DNA from: the human T2T-CHM13v2.0 reference genome, Homo sapiens
DNA length: 64,000 nucleotides
Direction: 5' to 3' (one strand)
NCBI RefSeq assembly: GCF_009914755.1
Contig: NC_060926.1
Within the stretch, counting starts at the first letter, position 1. Every line of letters begins with the position of its first letter. Both the position numbers and the translations under genes were made by a program. The notes beneath the pieces were generated by a model. It saw nothing but the letters and a program-made list of their open reading frames with translations. It was not told the DNA's origin and did no database searches. Below, piece by piece: positions 15,811 to 32,999 of this stretch.

Positions 15811-18056
15811 GGCCTCTTGCATATGTTATTGTCAGTAAGCCAAATTAAAGATAATGGTAGCTAGCATTTTTACTAACTTGGATTCAATATTTAGTGCAAC
15901 TCTGCAGTAATAAAGATGTGAATTATACTGTAGCACTCCAAAATTGAGTGAATAGGACATGAAACAAAAGCCATGAACCATGATTCTTATCAGTTTGGAT
16001 TTTTTCCAGAACATTTTTTGAGTCGGTCTTCTGCAATGGTATTGTTCTAGTTTGTTCTTTGAAACTCAGCTTTCAAGTTCTGTGTGTGCATTCAATATTG
16101 GGCAATTTTGAACGCATACTTAGAAGAGCGGCCAAAATGTAGATTAGAGAGAGAAGGTCAAACAACTTCTCATCCTGTGCAATTTCTGCAATCCTAAGCC
16201 TGTTATAACACAGAGTGTTCCAGGACCTCCCACAGATCCATGAAATGTATTCTCTGGGTTATGGTCTGCATGTGATTTGCTGTTCCTTGATGTCAAGCTT
16301 GCTGTTCATCTGACCCTCAAGATCCAGTCAGAGTCTTCAGTCACACTCACCCTCTAATTTTTTTGTGTGTGTGTCACCAAGTTTTTGTCTTCTGTAATTC
16401 AGTTCACACTAAAAAAAAAAAAACTTTTTATTTCCCCCCTATATCCCTAAAGTGGTTCTTCCTCTTTCCCTCCCCTCTTCTTCCCTCTGTCTCTCTGATT
16501 TCTCAGTTTGATCCTGATGTGAATAACATACTACCCTTAGTCTTACATTTCTAATTTTTACTTTCTGTGGGAAACTTCCATCAATGTTTTTCTTTTTTCT
16601 TTTTTAAATCCTTAGCATAGTAAATGGAGGTTTGTTGTGTGGGTGTGGGAGCCGGGGGTGCAGGGGGTGTGATGTTTCTTTTTAATTGTTAGAGCTTGAT
16701 CTCTACATGACTTTCCATTAGATTGGAATCATGTGACTCCCAGGGTTGGGCAGGAAATTAGCTTTTGTCCAGAAGAGCAGGATACAACAAAAATTATTTT
16801 CTTAGCTCCAAAGGCCTCTTTGCTGCAGAAGCCCAAATTGAAAGAGTGGCTTAGTGATTCACTTAAGTCATTAGACAGCCTGCTGATAAGAATTAGTTTA
16901 GATTTTGAAAAAAAAGGGAGACTTTTTTTTTTTTCAGGGCTAAGTATAGGTCTCAGTTATAGAGAAAAGTAAGAGGAAAAATTGTCATATGCATACAGTA
17001 TTACATAATATTCTATGTCATAAATCAAATTTTATGGGAGTAGGCATTTGTTGCATTGTGTCCTCATACCCAATTGTGTGATTGTGTGTGTGTGTGCATA
17101 TATGTTCATTGAGGCAATTTGTAATAGAAAGTTTATTGGATTTTACTTTGATTTCTCCTTTATTAAAGTATTGAGGAAATGACAAAAACAATTCTTTGCT
17201 TTTACTTTTTTTTTGGCAAGCTCCACTTTTAAAACTGTTTATTTTTACAGATGTATTTCATCAGTTCTTAAGAATGAAGCTAGGAATGTTTGCTGGCTTC
17301 TCAGTTAGTACCACCCAGAAACTGAAAAAAATCTGTTTTCTTAAAATATGACATTGGGGGGAAGTAGAGAAACTTTTCATTTTTGTGACCTATTGGATTT
17401 AAAAAAATATATTTAAATAATGCATTTTTAATATTGCTGTTTAATGTACTGCTTATCTTAATTCCATATTGCTTTCTGACTCTTGGTTGTTGTACTTATT
17501 ATTTTATAGTTAATAATTGTAATGGAAGGGGGATAAAAGTTCATGTTTTATTTTCTCTGGAAAATTTGAATACCCTGTCCATCCTAGAATTGTTTCTTAT
17601 TCAGAGAGCCTCCTCCAGGTAAGTCTCCAAGAATTTTGACACTTAATAATCAAGTGTGACTCTCTGATCAGTCAACAAGTACACTTCTTATAAGGTATGT
17701 CTTAAAATAACAATATTAAGACATTGTTTGGACTCATTTTCTTTGGACCAGACTAGAATAAGCTGAGTGAGAAAATGACCTGGAATGGTTCATTCCTTCA
17801 TTTCGCAAACATTTATTACGCTTCTCAGTTGTAACAGGTGTTGGCACCGTCCTATCTCTTCAGAAACTGACAGTTCAGTTTGAGACAAAAAATGAAAGCA
17901 TTTACAATTCAGTATAGAGACTGTTAAAAAAGGGGTTCCTTTTCCTGATTGCATCCCACCATTTCTGGCCATCTTCACTCTATTCCTGCCATGTTGAGCT
18001 TTGAAGTTGAGGAATAAAGCAGAAGCAAGGATGGAAAAAAACTTACTTTGCAATCA

Positions 18057-18415
<359 letters not shown>

Positions 18416-18449
18416 TTAAATCCTTGATAAAACTAATGTATATCATAAA

Positions 18450-19150
18450 GCAGAGTTCCCCAAGTTGAGAAATATATCCCATCCTCTTTTAGAAAAATAA
18501 AATCCCTGGACTTCCAATGTTGACTGAAATTGCTTTTATTATGTTACTTACATTACTTATATTGTTTATTACATTACTTAATATATACAAACATATAATT
18601 TTTGTGCTTATAACTCTATACAAATAAAACTAAAACAATAAATATAAATAGAATTACAAAACCATTACATTCAAATGAGCAGTGTTATAATTCACTTCCA
18701 ATATGTTTTAGTGGGATGGGTGACTCTGCTTTGTTGAAATAGTTGTTGATTTAGGGGATTATAGTAGAAAGATGTTGCCACAAGTCTAGTTCTATGGTTC
18801 ATCTGTTTCTGTATTTGAATTTTGATAATACATATCTAACAAATACCTATTTGCACAAGTATTGTAAGTACTTATGAGTATTGTTTATTCAAAACAGTAT
18901 TAATAATTTTCAGTCTCTAATTGGAAATTAGGCTCATTACGTCTTTTTTTTTTCAGTAAAACTCTGCCAGTGAATAGTCTTGGAATAGCAGATTAAAGAT
19001 GTATCACTTGGTAACTCTTTAAAGCTCCATTACTTGAGAGTAAAGTTAGCCTAATTGACATCTTCATTAAATAGGCATCTGATGCAATTGCTGCTAGGCC
19101 CAGGAATAGAAAAAAAATTTTTTTGCATACTTATGACCATACTTATTTCC
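18450..19150 (-). mobile_element. hAT-Charlie/Buster transposase C-terminal relic
   Basis: Minus-strand translation KFKYRNR*TIELDLWQHLSTIIP, then after a frameshift STKQSHPSH* (stop 18708-18710), matching the Charlie-type C-terminus. Confidence 0.65.
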
Positions 19151-21149
19151 AATAAATTGATATGAGTTGGTATAAGCAAAGATGGCACTGGTCTCTTTCA
19201 CCTCTCTGCTTATTTGGACCATAGGGCCTTCCTTCTGGCCGTACAGATTTCCCTGAAGTCAACTGATGTAAACTCAATTGTACATACAAACGACTGCACA
19301 AAGATCTCATGAAGTACTCAGTTGCATGGGGTCATCTGAAAGACGCAGACTATCTTTAAATTTCTTTTTATAGATTATCATAAAAATTAAAACAGAAATA
19401 TTTTTTAAAACATCAATAATTTGAAGACCTTTAATAATAGATTCATAAATTTTTGTTTTAGAAATACTGTTAGAGTTTCCTGATGGCAAAAAATGAATAA
19501 ATACTTTGGGCTCCAAAACCAAATTTCTATGCATTTAAACATGCAAATAGTTTTTCAATTCTAAAGCCACTTAAAGTATAGCATTACAGTGATATTTAAC
19601 TAATATGAAATATGCATTTTATGTAAGTTTGATGTGTGTTTTATTTTAAGAGAAAAACCTAACTGCTGTTAGTTCTTGCTCTGCTAATCCCATCTACTTG
19701 GTATCCTGATCTACCTAGTTTGGTTTAAAGTATGATTGGGAAGCTCAGCTTTGGTGTCTTTTATATCCAGTCCTGGCTATGGTTAGTGTTGTCAGTTCTA
19801 TGTTTGAGCATATAATTTTTATTTTATTTTACTTTGGAAACTATGATGTTCAAATCTTCATGTATTACTGGTTATATTTAATTTGAATATTTCAATATTA
19901 GAAGAAGTGATTTGTTTACCAAACTCTAGACTCACCAGTGTTTCAAATATCTAAATGATGTCTACCATTTCTTTGTCTATGTATTGCATTACAGTGCAAC
20001 TTTAAGGCTCATTATTTCATCTTTAATTGACCAGCAGGGTAAGACATAATCAGTGCTTGAAAGTGCAAATAGAGCAAACTTGTATGCTTCATGATGCCAG
20101 GAACTCTGCTTTCTTTCTGTCTCTCTCTCTCTCTCTTTTTTTCTGACTTATTTCTAGCTAATTTATTTCGGGCAGGATTTCAACCAGGGGCTGATTGTAA
20201 GCTCCACTCACTGCCTGCCATAGTGCTTGGCACATAGTAGGTGTTCACTGTAGATGAATGAAGGGATAAACAAATGAAGAATGAATGACTGGTATACTAG
20301 TAGTGGTGATGGCGTGGCAGTGTTAGTTTTTTAGCAGAGGCAAATTTTGGATTTTTTAAAAAAATCTGAAGCTGGAGAGTTTTATCTCACTGATCTTCAT
20401 ATTGCCCAAGCTTTTATTTATTTTGGGGGATGCAAAGTCTTTTAGAAAATTTGCTAATTTCATTGACTAATACACACAGGGTGAGGATGATCTTTGGAAA
20501 ATCAAGTGGATGGATTGCCTTTCACATTGTAGTAAATAATTGTCATAGATTACATATCAAATTGCACATAGAATTTCTGCTTTTCAATTTTAATTTGAGT
20601 TCACCTGTCATCCTGGGACCTCAGCTGTAATCTCCTTTTCCCTGCACGGCTGACTGAGAATGCATTTCCTTGTGCTTTACTAGGACTGGAAAAACCCAGT
20701 TATGATCATCTTAGTAGTGGTCTGTCTTCCAGGCTTTATTATCTGCTTCCCAACTCTCAGCATCAAAACAGGAGTTACCATATCCAATGAATACAAAGAA
20801 AATGGCTTAATTTCTGACACATAGCTTATTGAATGTGACCCAGGCAGCAAGGATGTGGTACAGAGGAGCTAATATGCATTCCTCATTAGTCAGCTCACCC
20901 ATGTGGTCAGCAGATTCCTTTTCTAAAGTAGTTGTGTAATCTGCAGCAGCACAGTAGCCAAACACAGTTGATAAATTACGTTTATTTCATTTTGACAAAA
21001 AGAGTAAATATATTCTTGTACAAAAATATTCAAAAAGTTTATGTAAAGAAGTAAATTTAAATCACCTGTAATCTCACCATCTAGAAATACACTCATTTAA
21101 ATAGAAGCTGCCACTTTACTTTTTTTTTTTTTTTAAATGTCATGGCTGT

Positions 21150-23655
<2,506 letters not shown>

Positions 23656-23669
23656 GTCTTGGTTATTTT

Positions 23670-25400
23670 ATCAAAAGAACTTAAAAATACATTTTATTTA
23701 TTACCCAAGTAATACATGTTTACTTTTAGAAAAATCAGAAGATATAGATTAAATCAAAAGAAAAATACTTATTATGATACCATGATACCATCTTGTAGAT
23801 AGCTGCTATTGTGGTTTGGGCATATATTCTTCCAGACTTGTAACTTCACAATAAATTGTGTAAATTTATAACAAGGTATATAATTTCTTATAAAACTGGA
23901 AGCATACTATGCATAGTTAGGTGTAATCATTTTTCTGACTCTCTTTCCATGTCAGTAAATATATTTCCCTGTAATCATTACTAATGGCTGCAAGACATTC
24001 CATTGTATTTATGTATAAAATAAATAAATGTATTTAATAAAGCTTATACTGATGAAAATTAGGTCATTTAAAAACTGTCTTTATATGGAGTTTGTGCCAA
24101 AAAACACAAACATTTTACATTTACATTTACATTTCTGTGAGTCCAATCTGTCAGTCTTGTTATGGTTTCTGCATTTGGGATCAGGCTGAGGAATTCCTCC
24201 CTGATACAAATATTTTTAAATTATTCAGCTCTGTTTTCATCTGTTTTAACACTAAAGACTTTAGCCAATGTAGAATTTTTCTTATGTGTTATGAGCCAGG
24301 AATCTAACTTTAATTTTTTCTAAAAAACTTTGTTAAATAATTCATCCCCCTGCTAATTTAAGATGCTGGTTTTGTCACAAGCAATAATCCATATAAATAA
24401 TTAGGTCTGTCCCTAAACTTTTATATTTAGTTCTATGATCTATTTCTGTGCCAGATTTATACTGTTTTGATTATCGAGGGTTTATAATATGCTTCAGTTG
24501 ATGTCTGGTTGAGCAAAACCCCTCTTTTTCTCAAAGTTTTTTGGCTTGTCTAACAGCTGATCATCTTCCAGATATGTCTAGAATAATTTGTCAAATTATA
24601 CAAATATTTTACAACTTGACGTTTTATTGGAATTATATTAAATATGAAGATTAATTTGGGGAGAGTGACATATTTATAATATTGTCCCATCAAATAATAT
24701 AAAATATATCTCTATTGATGAATCTTTTTTTTTTAACTCCTAATCACATGTTTACATTTTTTTTTTTTTTGAGACAGAGTATCGCTATGTCACCTAGGCT
24801 GGAACGCAGTGGCGCAGTCTCAGCTCACTGCAACTTCAGCCTCCTGAGTTCAAGCGATTTTCATGCCTCAGTCTCCTGAGTAGCTGGGACTACAGACACA
24901 CACCACCACACCTGGCTAATTTTTGTATTTTGGTAGAGATGGGGTTTTACCATGTTGGCCAGGCTAGTCTCAAACTCTTGGCCTCAAGTGATCCACCCGC
25001 CTTGGCCTTCCAAAGTGCTGGAATTACAAGCGTGAGCTACTGCACTGAGGTCTAATCACATTTTTAGCTTGTCATATAGCTACTGCACATTCTTGTTAAG
25101 TTTATTTTACAATATCTTATTCTTTGTTTCTATTGTAAGTGGAAGCCCTTTCTCACTTGCTCTGATGATTACTAGTGCAAATATATGTGAATCTGATTAT
25201 ATTTGTTTCATATCATACTTGTAAATCATTTATTTGTTCTAATATATTTTTATTTTATTTCCTTAGGTTTCCCGTAGAAACAGTAATTCCATTCTTTAGA
25301 TCTCATTTTCCTTTCTTGACCCATTGCATAGATTCAAACCTGGTCTAGAAAAGTGCTGAAAAACTGTGGTGATATCAGGGCTTCCTTTCCTTATTCCCAA
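23670..25400 (-). mobile_element. Old L1ME-type fragments containing AluS 24756-25050
   Basis: Degenerate antisense L1; Alu TSD ctaatcacat. Confidence 0.6.
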
Positions 25401-25419
25401 CTTCAGAGAGGCTTTAGGT

Positions 25420-25889
<470 letters not shown>

Positions 25890-27832
25890 AGAGTTTCACT
25901 ATTAATTATTTATTTCAGATGAATCTTTAACATGATAAAGTCAGCTTGGGGAAAAGATCATGGGTTAAAAAAAAGTAAGAGTATTACGTAGATAATTGTC
26001 AAACACATGCCTTTAGCAGGATGTGAAAGGGAGTAGAGAATAGCATGATAACTGGAGTGAGATGAGGGTTGAAAAAAGCTAGTTTTTTGTCTGCTTTGTT
26101 AAGATTAAGTATGGCTCCACATCCAACTCTTTATTTATCTTCCCCAAATATACCATCTCACTGTATTACCTTCTGGTAATATTGCTACCATTATGCTACT
26201 CCAAAACCTTGTTACCACTTTTTGAGTTCTCTTTCTCCCTTGTCCCCTAATAATGCAAACTCTCCCTCATTCTACCCCCATTCCCACAACCTGTATCTCA
26301 CCCAGTTTTCAAGTTCCTTCACAAGTGTACCTTCTGCATGAAAAAACTTGTTCTTGATCTCCTCAGTGAAAAGTAGTCTTGTTCTTCATTAAAGGTAGAA
26401 TTAATTTGTGTCTTTTTTATACCACTTAGTCCTGCACATTGTCCTCTTCCTATTTGTTAACATATCTATGAGACTGTACACTCTGAGGATCTCATCCTTG
26501 ACTCCTTGACTGATTGACCTTTCTATCCTTGTTGGTCCCTCTGCTGGTGTGCTACATATATATTGTATACCTGTGCTTAGTAAATATTTCTTACATGAAT
26601 CACAATTCAACTTGTATTAATCATTTATGTCTTGTATTCAATTGACAGCTTCTGGAGAACAGGGATCATATGTATTTATTTTTGTATCTTCTGTGTTACA
26701 GCATGATACTAAACATTGAAGAGTTGTTTGGTAATTATTTTAAAATTTTTATTCATAAAAGTCGTGTTAAGATGTTTTATTTAGGATTGCATTTTGCTTC
26801 ATTTGGTGGAAATCCAATGAAAGTAACATAACCAAACAGGAAGGTTTTTGTGTTTTTTTCCTTTCAAATAACAAGAAGCCTAGAGGTAGTCAGTCTAGGG
26901 GTGGTATAGTGGTAATAGGTGGTACTAGGTTCTCATCAGTGTCCCCAGTTTTTCTGTCCTTAACATGTAGCTTTTGTCCTTGAGATCACATGAGGCTTTT
27001 CCACCTCCAGGCATCCATATTTATGTTGTTTCTGTCCCTTTCTATTAGGAAAACAGTAGCTTTTCTGGAGGTCTCTACAAATAAACTTCTGCTCTTATCT
27101 CTTTAGTCAGAACTAGGGTCAAACGGGCATCTTCCAGGGAGTTTTGAAAGGTATTATTAACTGGGTGCTTTCCATCCACATTAAATTGGGATTTTTTTTT
27201 GGAAGGAAGAAAGAAAAAATAAATCTTGGATGGGAAATCTAGAGTCTATATCTTGGATATGGAATTTATACTTAAAGCCATTAGGATCTACAAGGGCATG
27301 ATATGATACATGTGAAGATTTCAACAAATCAAGACAATTTTGTAATAAATTCCATATGCACAGCTGGACAGTAAGTGCTATCAAAGATTAGAGGTAGATG
27401 AGCTCCCTGAAAGATGGAGTTGACTAGAAAATCTTCAGTGTAAGAGGTGGGACTTGAGCAGACCCTTAAGAGATAGGTCAAATATTATACAGAGGCATTG
27501 AGTGCTTGTTTTGCAAGTGAGAAGCACTTTTTTTTTGTTTTTGAATCATTAGACCAGCTTAGCAAAAATTAATGCACTCATATTATAGGGCAATAGAAAA
27601 TAAGATTGGAAAATAAGTTGAGACAACATAATGGAGGTCTTTGAATGCCACCGTGAAGAGTTTGGGTTTGAGGTTGTTCAAACAAGCAAATCTAATGCAG
27701 GTTTCTGAAAAGAGGAATAATATGAGGGAGTGGAATAGAAATGACATATATTAAAGTTTAAAAGAATCATTCACAGATTAGTTCATTCGAATTAATTAAT
27801 CACTAATGTTATATCTCCTACCCTGTAGTTAA

Positions 27833-28294
<462 letters not shown>

Positions 28295-29164
28295 TGAGCA
28301 AAGCAGTTGATTCTAAGGGGTCCAATACCTAAAACAGATATTTGATATTGTTACATTTGAGGCCCTGAGTTATAGAATAGTGAAGCTCTAGAAATAAAAT
28401 TTTCTGTTAAACTTATTTTTTATATTGCCAAGGAATTCTTTGCTTCTGTTATCATTACAGCATATTTTAAATATTGTATCAGCATATTTTATCATATTAA
28501 TACCCAACTGTAATCTTTCTTAATTAGCTTGCACTAAATGATTTATAAAATGATTGAAAACACTTGTGTGCTTTTGACTAAATGTGTTTTATTGTCTGTT
28601 ATTTTCTCAACCTAGAATTTTAAGTCTATTGAAAAATACTTAAATTTCAATGCAGTTATGTTGACTGAATGTTTTATTTTCCTTTTTAAATCAATCTTAA
28701 TATATTTTGTAGTTTCTTTTAAGTGAGGTGTGCTGGAGCATTTCCCAGATACAATTATGAATTTTTTAAAATGACAGATGTTTATTCAAATGTAAATCTC
28801 ATCAAATAGTAAAGATTTTTATCTTCTATTTTAATAATATCAATTACTTCTGATGGTTTGACATAGTTTGAGTAGAGAAACAGTCTGATTCAATTGAAAC
28901 ACATAAAATATGCTTGATATAATTTCCTACATAATTATAAATGAACTTCTGAAGTCTGAGTTACCTCATTTAGTATTTGGAATATCAGAAATTTTCACTT
29001 CAGAACATCAAAATTAGTGCCTTGTGTCTTTAGACTCTCCTCCTTAATTACCACAAGATCTTTTCTTTCAGGGTCTTATTAATATGAATTTGACTCTATG
29101 TAAAAATGTAGATGTAGAAATAATTCATTGCAGTTTCTCCTAATCAGTTAAAATTTTAGCATTC

Positions 29165-29571
29165 ATTGTTGGGTACTTTTTGATTACTGTTCAGCCCTAT
29201 CCCACTGATGTTGGGTTTGGCCATAGGATTTGCTTTGGTCAGTGGAATGAATGTTAGTGATGTGATATAAAGCCTTAAATATGCTTGCATGGTTTGGCTT
29301 CAGTTTTTTTCACTGGTCATTTGTTATGAGAAGAGCTTTCCCTGGGCAGCTGCTGCCCCTTCACCTTGGGTTCCAGAATTAACACAAGTGAATCGAACCT
29401 GAGCCCAACCTATAGCCTGAACCAAGCCACCCAACCAAACCCAGCCTAGATCAGTCAAACTGTAGTCAACATACAGACTTGTGAGCATGAAAATAAATGT
29501 TTGTTATTGTAAGTCACTAAATTTGGGGTGCTTTATTATGTAGGATTGTTGTCGCAATAGCTGACTGATAT
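29165..29571 (+). mobile_element. MLT1 (MaLR; MLT1I/J-like) LTR
   Basis: aataaatgtttgttattgtaagtcactaaatttggggtg...aatagctgactgata 3' end. Confidence 0.8.
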
Positions 29572-29758
29572 GACCATTACTATTTCAAAAAGCACATCTA
29601 TATATTTTCATTAAGAAAAAGTAAAATTATAGATGGCTAACCTATCAGTTCTCTATTAATTGAAAAGTAGTAACACTTAAAACACGAATTATAAAACACC
29701 AATTATTTGAGAGTTTTTCTTGGCTAGTGGCCATTACAAATTTTATTGAATAAAATTC

Positions 29759-30063
29759 TTTTTTTTTTTTTTTTTTTTTTTAAACACAGTCTCTCTCTGT
29801 TGCCCAGGCTAGAGTGCAGGGGCACAATCTTGGCTCAAAGTAACCTCTGCTTCCCAGGTTCAAGCGATTCTCCTGCCTCAGCCTCCTGAGTAGGTGGGAT
29901 TACAGGTGTGTGCCACCACACCTGGCTAATTTTTGTATTTTTAGTAGAGACAAGGTTTTCACCATGTTGGCCAGGCTGGTCTCAAACTCCTGACCTCAGG
30001 TGATCCACTCGCCTCAGCCTCCCACAGTGCTGGGATTATAGACATAAGCCACCACACCCCGCC
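29759..30063 (-). mobile_element. AluS
   Basis: TSD gaataaaattctt. Confidence 0.95.
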
Positions 30064-30509
30064 AGAATAAAATTCTTGTAATGGAACTTGAGGAATAAGT
30101 TGTTGAGGTACTTATTATTAGTTTTAAAATAAACCTGGCTGGCACTACAAGTAATCACAAAATGAAATGACATAGGAACCATGGCTAGCATTTGTTAAGG
30201 GCCTGGCCACACAAGTGTTTGGCATTCTTCTCTTCTCCTCACAGCAAATCTGTCAAATCTGTCAGGCAGTCAACACATATTTATTGAGCCCTTACCATAT
30301 GCCAGGTATTGCAAAGTATGTATTACCCTATTTTTGTTGCATGAAGAAACTGAGGCTCAGAAAAGTTAAATGACTAGTTTAAGCCTCACAGCTAGGAAAG
30401 GGCTTGAGTTTTAGGACTTGACCCAAGTCCATCTGACTCCAAAAATCATGCTATTATCATCACTGTGTTATTTGTGTTTGGGTGGAACTAGGAGAAAAAT
30501 AGAATTACA

Positions 30510-30854
<345 letters not shown>

Positions 30855-30948
30855 TCATTTGCTACATAACCCAGAGGTCACCCAGAATCACTTTAGCATT
30901 CAGAAATCTACATATAAATTAGCTCAGACCCAAATTGCTGTTTTTTAG
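30855..30948 (+). CDS. Candidate alternative terminal coding exon of ACYP2 ((I)HLLHNPEVTQNHFSIQKSTYKLAQTQIAVF*)
   Basis: Branch point CTAAC at 30827-30831, AG-free U-rich tract, acceptor ctAG at 30851-30854, phase-2 open frame to TAG at 30946-30948, AATAAA at 31655-31660. Confidence 0.4.
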
Positions 30949-32376
30949 CATGTGAAAGTCTGAAGCTGTCCGTACAATTTCTACTAATTCCCCGGCCTTA
31001 CAGTCATGTGGTCCCCTTCGTATGTCCTTGGAGGCCACCTTGATTTGCCATGTCAGTCTGAGTGTAAAGCTCAACCCTTTCCAGTTTCTACCAGACATAC
31101 CTTCACCAAGCATTTTCTGAGTTTTGGTGAGGACCTCCATGCAAAACACGAGATCTCCACCATTCTTTCCCTCTCAACGTTGCCCCTTGATTGCAACACC
31201 ATGCCCCTTTTCATATTCTTTACTCTCTGTTTTGCAGATTAGCTTTTCCCTTCTATTGAAGCCTTGATAGCCCAGATACCCAACAACTTTGGAGTCATGC
31301 CTCTACCCTCAAGCTGGAGTGTCAGTGAGTGCCTTCTTTGACTCTGTCTCATTACAAAGCAAAAATAGTGAGATTCTCTTGGGAAACAGCATCAGTTGGA
31401 ATTAGTCTCATCAGTCAGACAGCCCCCATTTAGCTCAATTTTAATTTTTAAAATGGAATTTCATTGAATTTTCAACATTGACAATTTTGTTCAACTAACC
31501 TTAAATGGTGAGAACCGAAAGCATCTAATATAAGAGCTACTCTTTTCTTCTTAGATTAGAAATAAGATACTTTACATAACTAAGAAAAAGTCTATCTTTA
31601 GAATTTTAGTTACTTCCTACCTCTTTCCAAAAATGTGACTTATAAAAACTACAGAATAAATCTGGATATAAGCTTTTTCTGTAGTTTTTCCCAGACCACT
31701 TTTCCTATTAGCTATTCAGAGTGAATTTTAGGAGCTTGAAAACTTGATATGTTTATGAGCCCAGAATTTAGACACTGCTATAAATTTAAATTGTCTGAAG
31801 CACTTGATTCTACAACACTGTGTTGGAAATGGTTGAAGAACTGATTTCCACTTCTGGATAAGCCAAACTACTCTCTTATCTTGCAAATTTGCCACTAAAA
31901 TCTTAATTCCTGTCAGAATTATTTTCAGTGGGAGAAATCTGAGTACAAATTGACCAAAAGAACTTTAGTTCTCACTCATTTCTAATATAATTTTAATTAG
32001 TTCATCTTTAATTTAGGAAATAATTTTTCTAGCAACTTGGCAGACATTGGTTTCTTGCCAGATACTACCTTATCTTGAGCTTGTGGGAAACTCATCTTTA
32101 ATATTCCATGAGTATAGTAAAACTGTGTTTTTAACGTAACAAATATTGTTTTATTTATTAAATAAAACATTTATTTGGGGGTATATTCTTACCTAATTAA
32201 AGAGAATGAGTAAAAGATGAGGCAGACCCTGAATGTGAGATGCGTTTGAAAATGGGGTGTCTCAAGATTCTGTACCGGGACATTGGGGTTAGGCTTCTAA
32301 ATACTGTTAGTCCAGTCTTATTACTAAGATTGCATAAAGAGCATTTTATTTTTGTGTGACCTAGATCAAATTATTT

Positions 32377-32999
32377 TGATGTAGGATTTTTCTTCTCAGT
32401 CACTTTCCAAGTCCCCAGCCAGCAATGCCCCACCCAGGCCTCATTCAGCCACACTGGCATGCCCCAGTTTTCCTGTGGTATAGCTTGTACCTGTGTTCAG
32501 CAGTTCCCGAACTCTTGTCCTGCACCCAAGAAGAATGAGGATGTGCTAAACATTGAAGGGTGAGGAAGGTGGAGAAGAATTTTATAGAGCTATGAAACAG
32601 TTTTCAGCAGAGAAAGGATGCGGGGGTTGTCCCCCTACCCAAAGGTGGGAATGTCCCCTGTGCAGCCAGGCATGGGGCCTTCTATGGACTCAGAATGGGG
32701 AGTGCGTGCTGATTGGTTTGTGTGTATGCAAAAAAGGTTAAAGCAAAGACACCACTCAAAGGTGGGCATGACAGTGTAGAAAACCAATTAGAAAAGGGTA
32801 GGTATATGTAAAATAGGTGAAGGGTGGGGATCAATCAAAGGAAAGCATGCCAAACAGGAAGACAAGTTCTTAATCCAGTCTGAGGATTTAACTTGTAGCT
32901 TGGCTTTCAGGCTTTAAACTTTCTTCGCCTTGGAGGTGGGGTTTCACCGGGTACCAGCCCCTGTCTGCCTAGGCATTTGGCTGCCTCCTTTCTGTATCA
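32377..32999 (-). mobile_element. ERV1 solo LTR (LTR27/LTR1/MER52-like) inserted in a MIR
   Basis: TG...CA termini; 4-bp TSD attt; the flanks rejoin as MIR (tgtgacctagatcaaattattt|gaccttcctaaac). Confidence 0.85.
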
